From Candidatus Zipacnadia bacterium (GTDB lineage: Bacteria; Armatimonadota; Zipacnadia; Zipacnadales; Zipacnadaceae), in contig JALGUR010000014.1 of the NCBI GenBank assembly GCA_029820565.1, forward strand, positions 7,036-71,035: a stretch of 64,000 nucleotides of DNA, in the 5' to 3' direction. Shown in pieces: positions 1 to 9,559 of the stretch. Within the stretch, counting starts at the first letter, position 1. Each line of letters begins with the position of its first letter. The translations under genes and the position numbers were made by a program. The notes under the pieces were generated by a model. It had not been told where the DNA came from. It made no database searches and was given only the letters and a program-made list of their open reading frames with translations.

Positions 1-279
1 CGCGAGGCGTGTGCTGAGCCGGTCGCGGCTATTGTCGAAATCGTCAAGGAAACCCTCGATGCCACCGCTCCTGAGTTAACTGCTGATGTAATGAATAGGG
101 GCATAGTTCTGGCCGGCGGTGGTGCTCTACTACGAGGGCTGGATCAACTGATAAGTGCTGAGACCGATATCCCAGTCTACGTCGCTGAAGACCCGATGAC
201 GTGTGTCGTGCTGGGCACTGCCCGGTATTTGGACGAACTTGACGGCCTTCCTCTGGAGAACACCGTTAGGGAGCCCTAA
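1..279 (+). CDS. mreB: Rod shape-determining protein MreB, C-terminal part. The 5' end lies outside the window.
   Basis: The frame is open from position 1. The translation ends ...DVMNRGIVLAGGGALLRGLDQLISAETDIPVYVAEDPMTCVVLGTARYLDELDGL, which matches the conserved MreB C-terminus (GIVLTGGGALLRGLD...). The stop codon is at 277-279. mreC follows immediately. Confidence 0.85.
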   Translation, partial: REACAEPVAAIVEIVKETLDATAPELTADVMNRGIVLAGGGALLRGLDQLISAETDIPVYVAEDPMTCVVLGTARYLDELDGLPLENTVREP

Positions 280-289
280 TTATTCTGCT

Positions 290-1120
290 ATGATTCGCCC
301 CACGGCGTCGCGACAGCATTGGCGTCCGCTACTAATCTTCGCCGGCTTGGCTGTGATGTTGACTATTTGGCAGCACCAAGCCGGGGGCGGCGGGACCAGT
401 AGCCTCCCGGAACATTTAGGCCGGGCCCTCACTTATCCGGCAGTCCGCCGTTTTACGGCTCTGCACGGAGTTATTTATGATGTCGGGGTATCTGTACTTC
501 GCGCTCCCGCCATAGCTGTCGAGAACCGAGACCTACGCCAACAGCGCGACCGACTCTTGGCCGAAAAGGCCCTTTCGACCGAGTATTTCCTCGAGAACAA
601 GCGCATCAAAGAGAAACTCGGTCTCAGTGTTGAACAACAGGTTAAAGAGATCCCCGCCCTCGTCATTGCCCGGCCTCCCGGCGGTCAAGTTACCATCGGT
701 GTACCGAGCGGCCGAGAAATCCACGTGGGCGACGTCATCCGTGAAGCCCAGGGCTTAGTGGGCCGGGTCGTTGAAGTCCAGGGCACTACGGCCCAAGTGA
801 TCCTACTAATCGACCGCCACCACGCTCTCTCTGCCCGCGACCAGCGCAGTCGTGACGAGGGAATGGTTTATCCGGAGCAAACCTGGTCAGGCAACCCGCG
901 ACGCCTGCGGATGGAGAAACTACTTCAGCGGGCGGATTTGCGCACCGGAGATGTGATACTCACTTCCGGCCTGGATAAGGTGTATCCTCCTAACATCCCT
1001 ATTGGCACTGTCGAGAGCGTCCGCCGCTCCCCGGCCAGTGTGGAGGCAATCACCGCTATTATCAAGCCTTTTGTTGATTTTGACCGCCTGGACTACGTGT
1101 GGGTGGTTAGCCAACCGTAG
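290..1120 (+). CDS. mreC: Rod shape-determining protein MreC
   Basis: An ATG at 290 lies in the frame of ORF 203..1120, directly after the mreB stop. The protein has an N-terminal TM segment, a coiled-coil region, and a C-terminal beta domain (GLVGRVVEVQGTTAQVILLIDRHHALSA) typical of MreC. The position between mreB and mreD supports the call. Confidence 0.8.
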   Translation: MIRPTASRQHWRPLLIFAGLAVMLTIWQHQAGGGGTSSLPEHLGRALTYPAVRRFTALHGVIYDVGVSVLRAPAIAVENRDLRQQRDRLLAEKALSTEYFLENKRIKEKLGLSVEQQVKEIPALVIARPPGGQVTIGVPSGREIHVGDVIREAQGLVGRVVEVQGTTAQVILLIDRHHALSARDQRSRDEGMVYPEQTWSGNPRRLRMEKLLQRADLRTGDVILTSGLDKVYPPNIPIGTVESVRRSPASVEAITAIIKPFVDFDRLDYVWVVSQP

Positions 1121-1138
1121 AGGACAGCAATCAGTAAG

Positions 1139-1222
1139 GAACACCAGCCGCGTAGCGCAGGTTCTCAACCTGCGCGCCTTGGCGGCTAAGGCGGGGTTGG
1201 AGAACCCCGCCTACGCGGGGAC
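1139..1222. repeat. Intergenic double-hairpin repeat element, family C: GTAGCGCAGGTTCTCAACCTGCGCG ... GCGGGGTTGGAGAACCCCGC
   Basis: Two adjacent perfect palindromes lie between mreC and mreD. Related copies occur at about 12455-12500 (inverted), 45616-45695 and 45965-46045. Confidence 0.7.
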
Positions 1223-1241
1223 AGATCTGAGGGTCGACCGA

Positions 1242-1727
1242 ATGTGGTTATACCTGGCAGAATTCGTGGCTGCGATTATCTGCGTAGCCTGGCAATATGC
1301 TTGGCCGGCCTGGCTGCGCCTCGGTGGTCAGACGCCCGACTTGGCTGTCGCCCTGATTATAAGCGTGGGACTTACCCGCGGGATGGTGGAAGGCTGCTGG
1401 ACGGGATTGGGGGCCGGATGGCTGGTCGGGTCCCTGGGCTCTATGCCTCTGGGCGGGATATTTGTCAGTCATCTCAGCTTAGGCACTTTGGCCGGACTGC
1501 TCCGGGGGCGTATCTTCTCTGACCGCATTGTTGTCGCTATGCTGGTGACCTTCGGCGCCGTATTGGTAGCTAACTTTGTTGAACTAATCTTCTACCCACC
1601 ACCCGCTTTCCTGGCCTGGTTAACCGGCACCGTAGTCCAAGCGCTGCTCAGCGGCCTTGCCGCTGCCCCGCTGTTTGCCGTTGTCCGCGCCACCGTCAGC
1701 CGCATCCCCTCACCCCGCGACGCGTAG
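1242..1727 (+). CDS. mreD: Rod shape-determining protein MreD. Polytopic membrane protein.
   Basis: An internal ATG at 1242 (MWLYLAEFVAAIIC...) gives about 162 aa with 4-5 TM segments, directly downstream of mreC. The size and position fit MreD. The longer ORF 1002..1727 would overlap mreC and a repeat element. Confidence 0.6.
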   Translation: MWLYLAEFVAAIICVAWQYAWPAWLRLGGQTPDLAVALIISVGLTRGMVEGCWTGLGAGWLVGSLGSMPLGGIFVSHLSLGTLAGLLRGRIFSDRIVVAMLVTFGAVLVANFVELIFYPPPAFLAWLTGTVVQALLSGLAAAPLFAVVRATVSRIPSPRDA

Positions 1728-1927
1728 CGCCCGAATTCTCGTGCAAGACGCTGACCCCGGGGGGGATTGTCGTTGTCGTCTGTAGGGGCGCAAGTGCGAA
1801 GCATCTTCCGTCCCCTCTTTAGCCGCGACGTTACAGCGGGCGGAACTTGCTGCTGCGCAGCAAATTTCGCCCCTACATTAACGGCACCGGCCCGAGGCGA
1901 GACATATTGTCCACAAGGACCACATCC

Positions 1928-4753
1928 TCACCACGGCTGGCCCAGGGGCCGGATCTGGACGGTCAAGGGACCGAGCAGTTCGGGCCGACTGACCTGCACC
2001 TGAGCGTTCTCGTCTCGGCCAGTCATTGTCAGCCACGGTACAGCCTCATGCTCCCAATCCGCCCGGCTGGTCAGAGCCAAGCGTAGGGGACTGCGCAGGG
2101 GCGAGACTGAGACGATATTGGTCAAGCAGTTGGTCTGAATGCCCCCTAAAGCATAGAGCAATCCGAAGGCCACCGCTCCTCGGGGATAATAGTCCAGGCT
2201 GGTGCCATCGCTGGAGTAGACGTACACATCGGTAAAGCAGCCATACTTGGTAGTGTTAATGTACCGTTGCAGTTCCCAGTAGCGGTCAACGTTATCTATC
2301 ATATCTATGCCCAAATACGCGGCGACCATATCTCGCCAGATATTCTGGGAAATCCACATATTTTCTTCCCGGTCAGTATGTGGTGCCCCGTATAATCTGA
2401 GGTTGTGATGGGTGGCGGCGAGCAGATCCTGACGCAGCCGATCCAGGTCCAGATTCATCAGTGGCGTCCCGCTGCGCATCGCATACAGAGCGCCGTTGGC
2501 CGTGTAGAGCGAATATCCATCCCAACCTGCAGGAGGTCCGGTTACCGGCTCGCCGACATCAGATGGCTTAGGCCCAAGCCAATCAGGTCCCATTGCCGCT
2601 TCCACCTTAGGTGCCTGATTCAGAGCGACGGCGTAATGGTCGCCCAGCCAGCCCTGGGCGTCGAGAGTGCGAGCGATGAGTTGGGCTTGCGTCCGCCAGC
2701 GGTCAGCCACGGCAAAATCGCTCTGAACCGCAGCCATCCGGGCCCCCGCCTCGTAGGCCGCCAGGCTCTTGATCGCCAGATAGACCTGGTCGGGAGCATA
2801 CTGTACTGTAGCCGAGCCTTGGTCAATGGTGTTGTAGGTGCCCAACTCGGCAAAGCCGTCACCATCAGTATCAAACTCGGTCACCCCAGTCAGCAGTGCC
2901 CGTACCGTTGGCAGCAATTCTGCCACCAATTGCTCATCACCGGTTTGCGTCCAGTACTGGTCCAGCAGCAGCACAAAATTGGTATTCTCTTCCACCTCCA
3001 TCGGGTGGGGATAGGCCATCTCGCCTACGGTCAACCCGATGCCCATATCATGATCCAGAACGCCATTTGCCACATAGTCAGACCACTCGCGTAGTTCCAT
3101 TTTCAGCAGTTGCGGCCAGTACTGTAAGTAGAATGGAGCCACATTGTATTCCACGTCCACCGTAGAGTGTAGTTTGCAGCATCCCTCCCAGACGCTGAAC
3201 CAATCCTCGCCGCCTGGCGAGGTCACCCACCAGGTGTTGGTCATCCAACTCTGAAAGCCGAGGGCGAGCAGTTTCTTCAAAGAACCAGGGATAGTAGCCT
3301 CGGCGACTGTGGACTCAAACACGGCTGCTTTGCGCTCGATTTCGGGCCACTCGTCCAGGGCATAGCGGGCTACCTGGGTGGGACGCTGGAAAAACTGGAG
3401 GTATTTGAAGCGGTAGGGCACTTCCTTTATGTGCAATACCGGTTGGTCAACCCAGCCTACGTAAATCAAGGTTACTGAATCCTGCTCGCCCGGCCGCAGC
3501 GAAAACTGCCAGGTCAGGCCGCTGCAACGGCGCTGCCAGACTAATGGCAATATGACCCGACCGTCAGCATCCTCGCCGATTTCTGCTGAGGGCTCGTCCT
3601 CTTTACCAACGGGCACCTGAAGAGGAAATGCCGAGACCGCCGACGTTGTCGGACTGACCCACAGGGCCGTCGTGGGAATGCCGAATACCGGCCCGGTGAC
3701 GCCGACTCCAGTTAGCCCATCCTCCGCGATCTCCCCGGCCGACTCAGAATTACGCAGCCCGCGGGCCACAATGAATTCCCCCGCAGTTGGATTTCGGTCC
3801 CGATTGGAGACGGTCACATCCAGACGAATGTAGGGCGCGGTGGACAATTTGACGTTCTGGGGATAGAACGGCGCTGAGAACTTTAGCACCATCTCCACGG
3901 GCAGCCCGGGCGCCTGGCAGTTGTAAGTCAGCGTGGTCAGAGTCTGGTCCTGACGGATATTGGGGAAAGCCGGCATCAGGTCGGTGAAGGGCAGGGCGAA
4001 GTATTGGTCGCCTATATGTAGGGCAAATATCCGCTGCACAGCAGGAAGCCGGTACTTCTCGGGCTCCGTCTCAAAGTAGGGAACCCGATAATCAGCATGG
4101 CCCAATGGGGACTGGTGCATTATGCCTTGCTGGGGACGCGGATTTATCGCCACTCGACTGCCCAGTTTACCCAAAGCAGTCTCCTGGAGTCGGAGGCTAC
4201 TGGCCGCATGTTTCCCCGGCGGCTGCGGTTCGCCTAACCCACCACCCTCCTGGCCGGCCACTACTTCCACCACCCACTGGTCGGTGTATATCTTTAGCAG
4301 ATTGATTTTGGCATTATCACGGTGGGCGCGAAATTCCACGCGCACCGGCTGGTCAGCCGCTATGTTAATAGCCGCGGTCTTCACTACCGCCTCCAGCGGG
4401 CGACCGTGCAGTAGAATATCAAAGTGGTCAAAGACCAGCCGGCCGTTGACACTTATGCTGAAGACCCGTTCGCCCGGCTGGATGAATTTATTCTCACAGA
4501 AACCCAACTTCAGGCGGGCGGGGCCCGGTGGCAGGCCGGTAAAGACATAACTGAACTGTTCACCATACCTTTCCGTCTGATAGATAGCATCCTGGTCAGT
4601 CTCGTAGACCGGGCCGCTGACCGTCCAGGTATGAGTAGTGCCTTCCAGGCTGACCGCGACCGGGTCGTACTGTGGCGGATCGCTAAGGTCGTCAGCGACG
4701 ACTGTCAAAGGTACACTCACCAGTGCTATCACTACACATAGGCGCAAGGCCAT
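1928..4753 (-). CDS. Secreted protein with a malectin-like carbohydrate-binding domain and a large glycoside-hydrolase-like region, putatively an (alpha/alpha)6-barrel. The GH family could not be determined.
   Basis: N-terminal signal peptide (MALRLCVVIALVSVPLTVVADD). Malectin-like pattern: RVFSISVNGRLVFDHFDILLHG...INLLKIY. A long downstream region has a glycosidase-like character. 941 aa. Confidence 0.45.
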   Translation of the reverse strand: MALRLCVVIALVSVPLTVVADDLSDPPQYDPVAVSLEGTTHTWTVSGPVYETDQDAIYQTERYGEQFSYVFTGLPPGPARLKLGFCENKFIQPGERVFSISVNGRLVFDHFDILLHGRPLEAVVKTAAINIAADQPVRVEFRAHRDNAKINLLKIYTDQWVVEVVAGQEGGGLGEPQPPGKHAASSLRLQETALGKLGSRVAINPRPQQGIMHQSPLGHADYRVPYFETEPEKYRLPAVQRIFALHIGDQYFALPFTDLMPAFPNIRQDQTLTTLTYNCQAPGLPVEMVLKFSAPFYPQNVKLSTAPYIRLDVTVSNRDRNPTAGEFIVARGLRNSESAGEIAEDGLTGVGVTGPVFGIPTTALWVSPTTSAVSAFPLQVPVGKEDEPSAEIGEDADGRVILPLVWQRRCSGLTWQFSLRPGEQDSVTLIYVGWVDQPVLHIKEVPYRFKYLQFFQRPTQVARYALDEWPEIERKAAVFESTVAEATIPGSLKKLLALGFQSWMTNTWWVTSPGGEDWFSVWEGCCKLHSTVDVEYNVAPFYLQYWPQLLKMELREWSDYVANGVLDHDMGIGLTVGEMAYPHPMEVEENTNFVLLLDQYWTQTGDEQLVAELLPTVRALLTGVTEFDTDGDGFAELGTYNTIDQGSATVQYAPDQVYLAIKSLAAYEAGARMAAVQSDFAVADRWRTQAQLIARTLDAQGWLGDHYAVALNQAPKVEAAMGPDWLGPKPSDVGEPVTGPPAGWDGYSLYTANGALYAMRSGTPLMNLDLDRLRQDLLAATHHNLRLYGAPHTDREENMWISQNIWRDMVAAYLGIDMIDNVDRYWELQRYINTTKYGCFTDVYVYSSDGTSLDYYPRGAVAFGLLYALGGIQTNCLTNIVSVSPLRSPLRLALTSRADWEHEAVPWLTMTGRDENAQVQVSRPELLGPLTVQIRPLGQPW

Positions 4754-4914
4754 TTGATTGTCTCCTCTACAGAGTATTGTACCAATCCCGCCTGGTCAGC
4801 CACGAATCCGCGCGGAATTCCAGGATGGGCGTCCCTGCTGTATCCCTCGTGGCACGCCGTGGTGTTTGACAACCACTGATTCGCCGCGTTATACTATTAG
4901 GAAGGATAATTACT

Positions 4915-5931
4915 ATGGACAGGCGAGAATTCCTCCATAAGTGTGTAAGCGGTGCGGCCGGGGCTATGGCCCTGGCCGGATTGGCCGGCTGTTCGCGGCA
5001 TACTCCGCAAATGACCGAGGCACCCTCAGCGCCGGCTGCCACTGGTGGCCCGGGCGTCAGCCAACCCACTGATGTAAAGATCGGCAGTAACCGCTGGGAC
5101 CCCAATTTGGTGGACGTTGACCTGGCCGTAGCGCGGAACAACGAGCCGGCCGAACTGGTGCGCAGCGCCGTGGATAACTACGGAGGTATCCAAACGTGGG
5201 TGCAGTCGGGCGACGTGGTGGTGATCAAGCCCAATCTGGCCTGGGGCCGGCAGCCCGCTCAGGCCGCCACCACCAGTCCGCACGTGCTGACAGCGGTAAT
5301 CTCTCTGTGTCAGGAGGCCGGAGCGGGGGAGATACTGGTCGTGGAGCATAGTTGTGATAGTGCCACGGTCACCTTTGATATGTCGGAAGCCAGGGCAGTT
5401 TGCGAAGATGCCGGAGTGCCCCTGATTAGTCTGGAAAATGATAGACTATACCGACAAGTTCCGCTGAAGAAAGGCGTCAATTTTGATAGTGACCTGGTGG
5501 CTCAGGACATCTTAGATTGCGACGTCTACATTAACCTGCCTATTGCCAAAGTGCACGGTAGTTCATGCCTGACATTGGCCCTGAAAAATCAGATGGGCGC
5601 GGTTTGGGACCGAGGCCGTTACCACAGTGCCGGTGGCGTCAGCGCACCCGGCCGTAACCTGCACCAGAATATTGCCAGTCTGGGTGCTTCCCTGCGTCCG
5701 ACTCTCAACATTATTGACGCCACACGGGTACTGGTGTCCAACGGCCCTAAAGGCCCCGGTTTGACCAAGGAACTGAATACAGTTATCGTCAGCGCTGACA
5801 TAGTGGCGGCAGATGCCTACGCAACCAAACTGATGGGCAAAGACCTCACTGAGGTGCCTCATATTACTATGGCCGAACAGATGGGCCTGGGCAGCGCCGA
5901 CCTGGACTCACTGAAGGTAATCACTGCCTAA
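4915..5931 (+). CDS. Tat-signal lipoprotein with a DUF362 domain
   Basis: Twin-arginine motif (RREFL) followed by a lipobox (LAGC). The DUF362-like core reads VVIKPNLAWG...ILVVEH...INLPIAKVHGSSCLTLALKNQMG. Confidence 0.5.
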   Translation: MDRREFLHKCVSGAAGAMALAGLAGCSRHTPQMTEAPSAPAATGGPGVSQPTDVKIGSNRWDPNLVDVDLAVARNNEPAELVRSAVDNYGGIQTWVQSGDVVVIKPNLAWGRQPAQAATTSPHVLTAVISLCQEAGAGEILVVEHSCDSATVTFDMSEARAVCEDAGVPLISLENDRLYRQVPLKKGVNFDSDLVAQDILDCDVYINLPIAKVHGSSCLTLALKNQMGAVWDRGRYHSAGGVSAPGRNLHQNIASLGASLRPTLNIIDATRVLVSNGPKGPGLTKELNTVIVSADIVAADAYATKLMGKDLTEVPHITMAEQMGLGSADLDSLKVITA

Positions 5932-5950
5932 TTCGCGTAGCCTACGAGTA

Positions 5951-7540
5951 CTATCCCTGGGGTCGTTTTGCCGTTTCCTGCCTCCCGGCTTCACTGAATG
6001 CTGAGCCCTGTTCTACCTCATACGCGACCCAGGGTCCTTCGCGCCAGCACTGATGGAGTCCCATTCCCGTTGGAAGGCGTCTGGTCCACGAGTCGTGTAT
6101 CTCTTCTGCATATTCCTCCCCTGAGTGCAGGATTACCAAGTCCCCGCTGTGAAGCTCCAGATGTGCAGGTGGCGCCTGGCCTTCGGCGTAGACGGTAATC
6201 TTGTCCACCTGTCTGGTGAACAAGGCAATAGCAAACCCGGGCCAGCCGGCCACCACAGCCCGGCGGCCTGGGCTGAGTTCGGTGCTTAGTCTTCGGGCGG
6301 CGGCCAACTCGTTGCGCGCATCTCCGGCGAAACTGAGACGGCCCACAGCAGCGATGCCCGAACTTAAGGGGATGCCAGTCCGGGGCGAGATCACAAAGGC
6401 ATTGGTGAGTAACATTGCTGCGGCAAGGAGAGAAAAGACTGCTAACCCGCGAGGCTGTGAGTACGCGGCGGCCATATGCGTGACGGCCAGCATCAGGATC
6501 AATAAGCCTACCGCAATTGAAGCGGCAGTCAGGACGGTCAACTGCGCCCACGAATCGCCGGGCAGCGACGCGTGCAATCGCCCTAATATTATTGCCGCGG
6601 CGGTGCTGCCCCCGACAATTGCCAACGGTCCGGCGGCCTGCGCGCGCACCGTGCGATTCCGCAACGCGTAGTACGCGGCGGCCACCAATAAGGGGCTGGA
6701 TGCTACAATGACGCAGATTGCCTCAACACTGGCGGTATGCCAATGAGTCAGCGGGCCGTTGGCCGGCCCGGTGAAGGTCTGCCGCCAAAAGTACCAGGCA
6801 TCGCCTTTGATAACCCAGCAGGCCCCGATCCAGCCGGCGGCGACGTACGCGATGGGTAGCAGGAAGGCGATAAGCGTGCCCTCCACGCGACGCCAGTCAC
6901 CCTCTTGAGCCGAGCGTAGAGTGACGTACAGGGTGACGGCAACCACCACGAAAACCACTTCATACCGGGTTACTATGGCTGCCGCCAGCAGCAGGCTGGC
7001 CGCTAACAAATCCCGGAAGCGCTGCCCATCTCCCCAGCGGCTGAGAGCGAAAGCAGCCCCGAGCAGCAGAACAATGAGCAGTATTGCCGGCGCCCCGCCC
7101 GCGGCATAACTGAACGCCACAGGACTGAACACAAACAAGAGGACAAATGCCCATGGTACATACCTCCCCAGGCCGACCTGCCGTCCGATGTTGCGAATCA
7201 TCAGCGCCCCCAGGCCCAGCAGTACCGCTCCGATAACGCTGGGCAACAGCGCTGGCTGAGCGATCCGGGGCACCAGGGCTACCCCGCCCGCCGCCACCAG
7301 ACCAGGCAATGGCGGCTGCACGAAGCCTAACAGAGTGAGATGAGCGCCAGGCAGTTTGTGGAATACGTCGTAGGCATGCGCCACTGCGGCCAGGCCGTCC
7401 CAGTTGACCAGTCCATGCCGCAACAGGGCCTGCCGACCAGCAGTTATGCCTAACACGGCTGTACCCACCATTATGACGATATTCTCGGCCCAGCACGCCC
7501 ACTGGGGCAGCAGGGGCTTGATAGGTGACCGGAGCGTCAC
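5951..7540 (-). CDS. Polytopic membrane protein, probably a GT-C-fold glycosyltransferase (ArnT/PMT-like)
   Basis: 529 aa with about 12 predicted hydrophobic segments. The stop of the upstream GT2 gene overlaps its start by 4 bp (ATGA), so the two are translationally coupled. The resemblance to GT39/GT83-type mannosyltransferases is weak. Confidence 0.4.
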   Translation of the reverse strand: MTLRSPIKPLLPQWACWAENIVIMVGTAVLGITAGRQALLRHGLVNWDGLAAVAHAYDVFHKLPGAHLTLLGFVQPPLPGLVAAGGVALVPRIAQPALLPSVIGAVLLGLGALMIRNIGRQVGLGRYVPWAFVLLFVFSPVAFSYAAGGAPAILLIVLLLGAAFALSRWGDGQRFRDLLAASLLLAAAIVTRYEVVFVVVAVTLYVTLRSAQEGDWRRVEGTLIAFLLPIAYVAAGWIGACWVIKGDAWYFWRQTFTGPANGPLTHWHTASVEAICVIVASSPLLVAAAYYALRNRTVRAQAAGPLAIVGGSTAAAIILGRLHASLPGDSWAQLTVLTAASIAVGLLILMLAVTHMAAAYSQPRGLAVFSLLAAAMLLTNAFVISPRTGIPLSSGIAAVGRLSFAGDARNELAAARRLSTELSPGRRAVVAGWPGFAIALFTRQVDKITVYAEGQAPPAHLELHSGDLVILHSGEEYAEEIHDSWTRRLPTGMGLHQCWREGPWVAYEVEQGSAFSEAGRQETAKRPQG

Positions 7541-8964
7541 AATATTACCTCCGGCGGGGCGAAGCCGTGGTCAGTCTTCTCCCAGTAGTGGGGCCGCAGC
7601 AGCATCTGAAGGACGCCTTTATATGCGCCAATGCTCATCAGTAGCCAGTACAGCGGGCTGAGCACCGCAAACTTAACCAAGTCGTAGTATTGCCGGTTCA
7701 TACAGCCGGCAATGGCCAGATACAGGAAAATGAAATTGCCTACGTACAGACAGAAGACTCCTAACGGATAAATAACAGAAGGAAATAGAGCACTGAGCAC
7801 GGGCCAATGGCTGGCGAACCATACCGCCGTCAGCGCCCAATACACCGGATTGACCAGAAAGCACAGTACTGACCCGCCAACGGTCATCTGAAAACTGAAG
7901 AAATTAGCCGGGCCCAGTTGCCGCAGCAGCCGCAGCGGATGACGCATATGGACCAGGTAGGTTTGCTGATAGCCCTTCACCCAGCGCGAGCGCTGGCGCA
8001 GCCAACTGAATAGCCGACAGTTGGCCTCTTCCCAGGTGGTGGAGTCCATCATTAGCGTACGGTAGCCATGCTTGTGCAGCCGTACACCCAGATCGCAGTC
8101 CTCAGTGACATTGAACGGGTCCCAGCCGCCGAGCTGCTTCAGGACAGCGGTGCGAAAGTGATTGGACGTCCCGCCCAGGGGAATAGGCGCACCTGAGGCG
8201 GTAAGTCCGGGCAAAAACAGATCAAACCACACTGAATATTCGGCCGTGAACCACTTGGTCAGCAGATTCTGACGCTGATTGTAGTAGTTGAGTTTGGCCT
8301 GGATGCAGGCGACGTTATCCGGCGCTTGCTGGAAAGCCACCACTGCTTTCTTAAGCTGGTCAGGCTCGGGTCGGTCCTCGGCATCGTATATGACTAAGAA
8401 GTCCGACTGGGTGACCTCTAACCCGACGTTGCACGCTTTAGGTTTGGTCTTAGGCGCAGAGTCGGGTATGGTAATTACCTGAAAATGCGCGGGCAGGGTT
8501 ATCCGCTGGCAGGCCTGGTGGGTTTCTCCGTCGTCTTCCTCCAATAGCAGGAGAATGTCCAGTTTATCCGGCGGATAGTCTAATCGCTGCAGGGCCTGCA
8601 CCAATTCGGGCAGTACTGTGGCCTCCCGATACATTGGGACCAATACTGTATAGGAGGGCAAATCGGCCTCGGTAAGGGCAGATAGCTGCTGCGGGGTGAC
8701 TTCCACCGCTGCCGGTCTGTCCAGCGATAGCCACACCAGGTAGAATTTGTACCCGCCGTGCATAAGGTAAAAGACTATTAAGGCCCCATTAACCACTATC
8801 AGCGTGCCCAGCGGCTGCCAGACTAAAGCGGCCACCAGCAGCAGTAGGCCAAAGCCAGCCGCCGCCTTCTGGCGCCCGGACAGCGTCCAGTAGGCGCACT
8901 CGTCAGGGCGTTCGTACAGCACCCGCAGCGCCGAGTCATAGTCTGCTCGTAGGTGGTCAGACAA
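7537..8964 (-). CDS. Family-2 processive glycosyltransferase (cellulose/chitin-synthase-like)
   Basis: N- and C-terminal TM segments flank a GT-A domain. Motifs include DAEDRPEPD (DxD), [10 protein letters not shown] (TED) and QRSRWVKGY (QxxRW). Confidence 0.8.
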   Translation of the reverse strand: MSDHLRADYDSALRVLYERPDECAYWTLSGRQKAAAGFGLLLLVAALVWQPLGTLIVVNGALIVFYLMHGGYKFYLVWLSLDRPAAVEVTPQQLSALTEADLPSYTVLVPMYREATVLPELVQALQRLDYPPDKLDILLLLEEDDGETHQACQRITLPAHFQVITIPDSAPKTKPKACNVGLEVTQSDFLVIYDAEDRPEPDQLKKAVVAFQQAPDNVACIQAKLNYYNQRQNLLTKWFTAEYSVWFDLFLPGLTASGAPIPLGGTSNHFRTAVLKQLGGWDPFNVTEDCDLGVRLHKHGYRTLMMDSTTWEEANCRLFSWLRQRSRWVKGYQQTYLVHMRHPLRLLRQLGPANFFSFQMTVGGSVLCFLVNPVYWALTAVWFASHWPVLSALFPSVIYPLGVFCLYVGNFIFLYLAIAGCMNRQYYDLVKFAVLSPLYWLLMSIGAYKGVLQMLLRPHYWEKTDHGFAPPEVIL

Positions 8965-9142
8965 TTGCGTTACGTCCTCTTCCGGTCAGAGGGCCTGGCC
9001 CTGCCCGCGAAATTCGCTGGACTATCATCCCCTAATTCCCTACAATAGTGTTTGCTCCTTCCACTACCCGGCTTTGCGGGGTATTCCCACCGGCCGCCTG
9101 GTGGGCTTGTACTCACAAACAATTGATTCCAAGGGGGAAAAG

Positions 9143-9556
9143 ATGAAAGCACACACCGAGTATATGTGGTTCAACACCGAGACGAAGCGCGACTATATCA
9201 ATATCACCTCGGACGTGCAGCAAGCAGTAGGCAAGAGCAGAGTGCAGGAGGGAATGGTGCTGGTCTCGGCCATGCACATCACCGCCGGTGTCTACGTCAA
9301 TGACGCTGAATCCGGCCTTATCCAGGATATTGATAAGTGGCTGGAGGAATTGGCCCCATTCCGCCCCGACTATCGCCACCACCGCACCGGTGAGACTAAT
9401 GGCGACGCCCATCTGAAGAGCCTGCTCATCCACCATCAGGTTATTGTGCCCATCACTGAGGGCCAACTTGATTTAGGCCCCTGGCAGCAGATATATTACG
9501 CCGAATTCGACGGCCAGCGGCGCAAACGGCTCATAATCAAGGTAATGGGCGAGTAA
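9143..9556 (+). CDS. yjbQ: YjbQ/UPF0047 family protein (secondary thiamine-phosphate synthase-like)
   Basis: [25 protein letters not shown]...HTWEG-like core ([47 protein letters not shown]) matches the YjbQ family. An AAGGGGGA ribosome-binding site precedes the ATG at 9143. Confidence 0.8.
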   Translation: MKAHTEYMWFNTETKRDYINITSDVQQAVGKSRVQEGMVLVSAMHITAGVYVNDAESGLIQDIDKWLEELAPFRPDYRHHRTGETNGDAHLKSLLIHHQVIVPITEGQLDLGPWQQIYYAEFDGQRRKRLIIKVMGE

Positions 9557-9559
9557 AAT

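Noticed and set aside
2405-3094. Long antisense ORFs inside confirmed genes (for example 2405-3094 in the glycosidase, 13003-13749 in lptD, 47872-48741 in valS, 51117-51830 in URO-D, 54056-55087 in tig)
   Set aside because: High GC content suppresses stop codons on the opposite strand. Each of these lies entirely within a well-supported gene of the other orientation.
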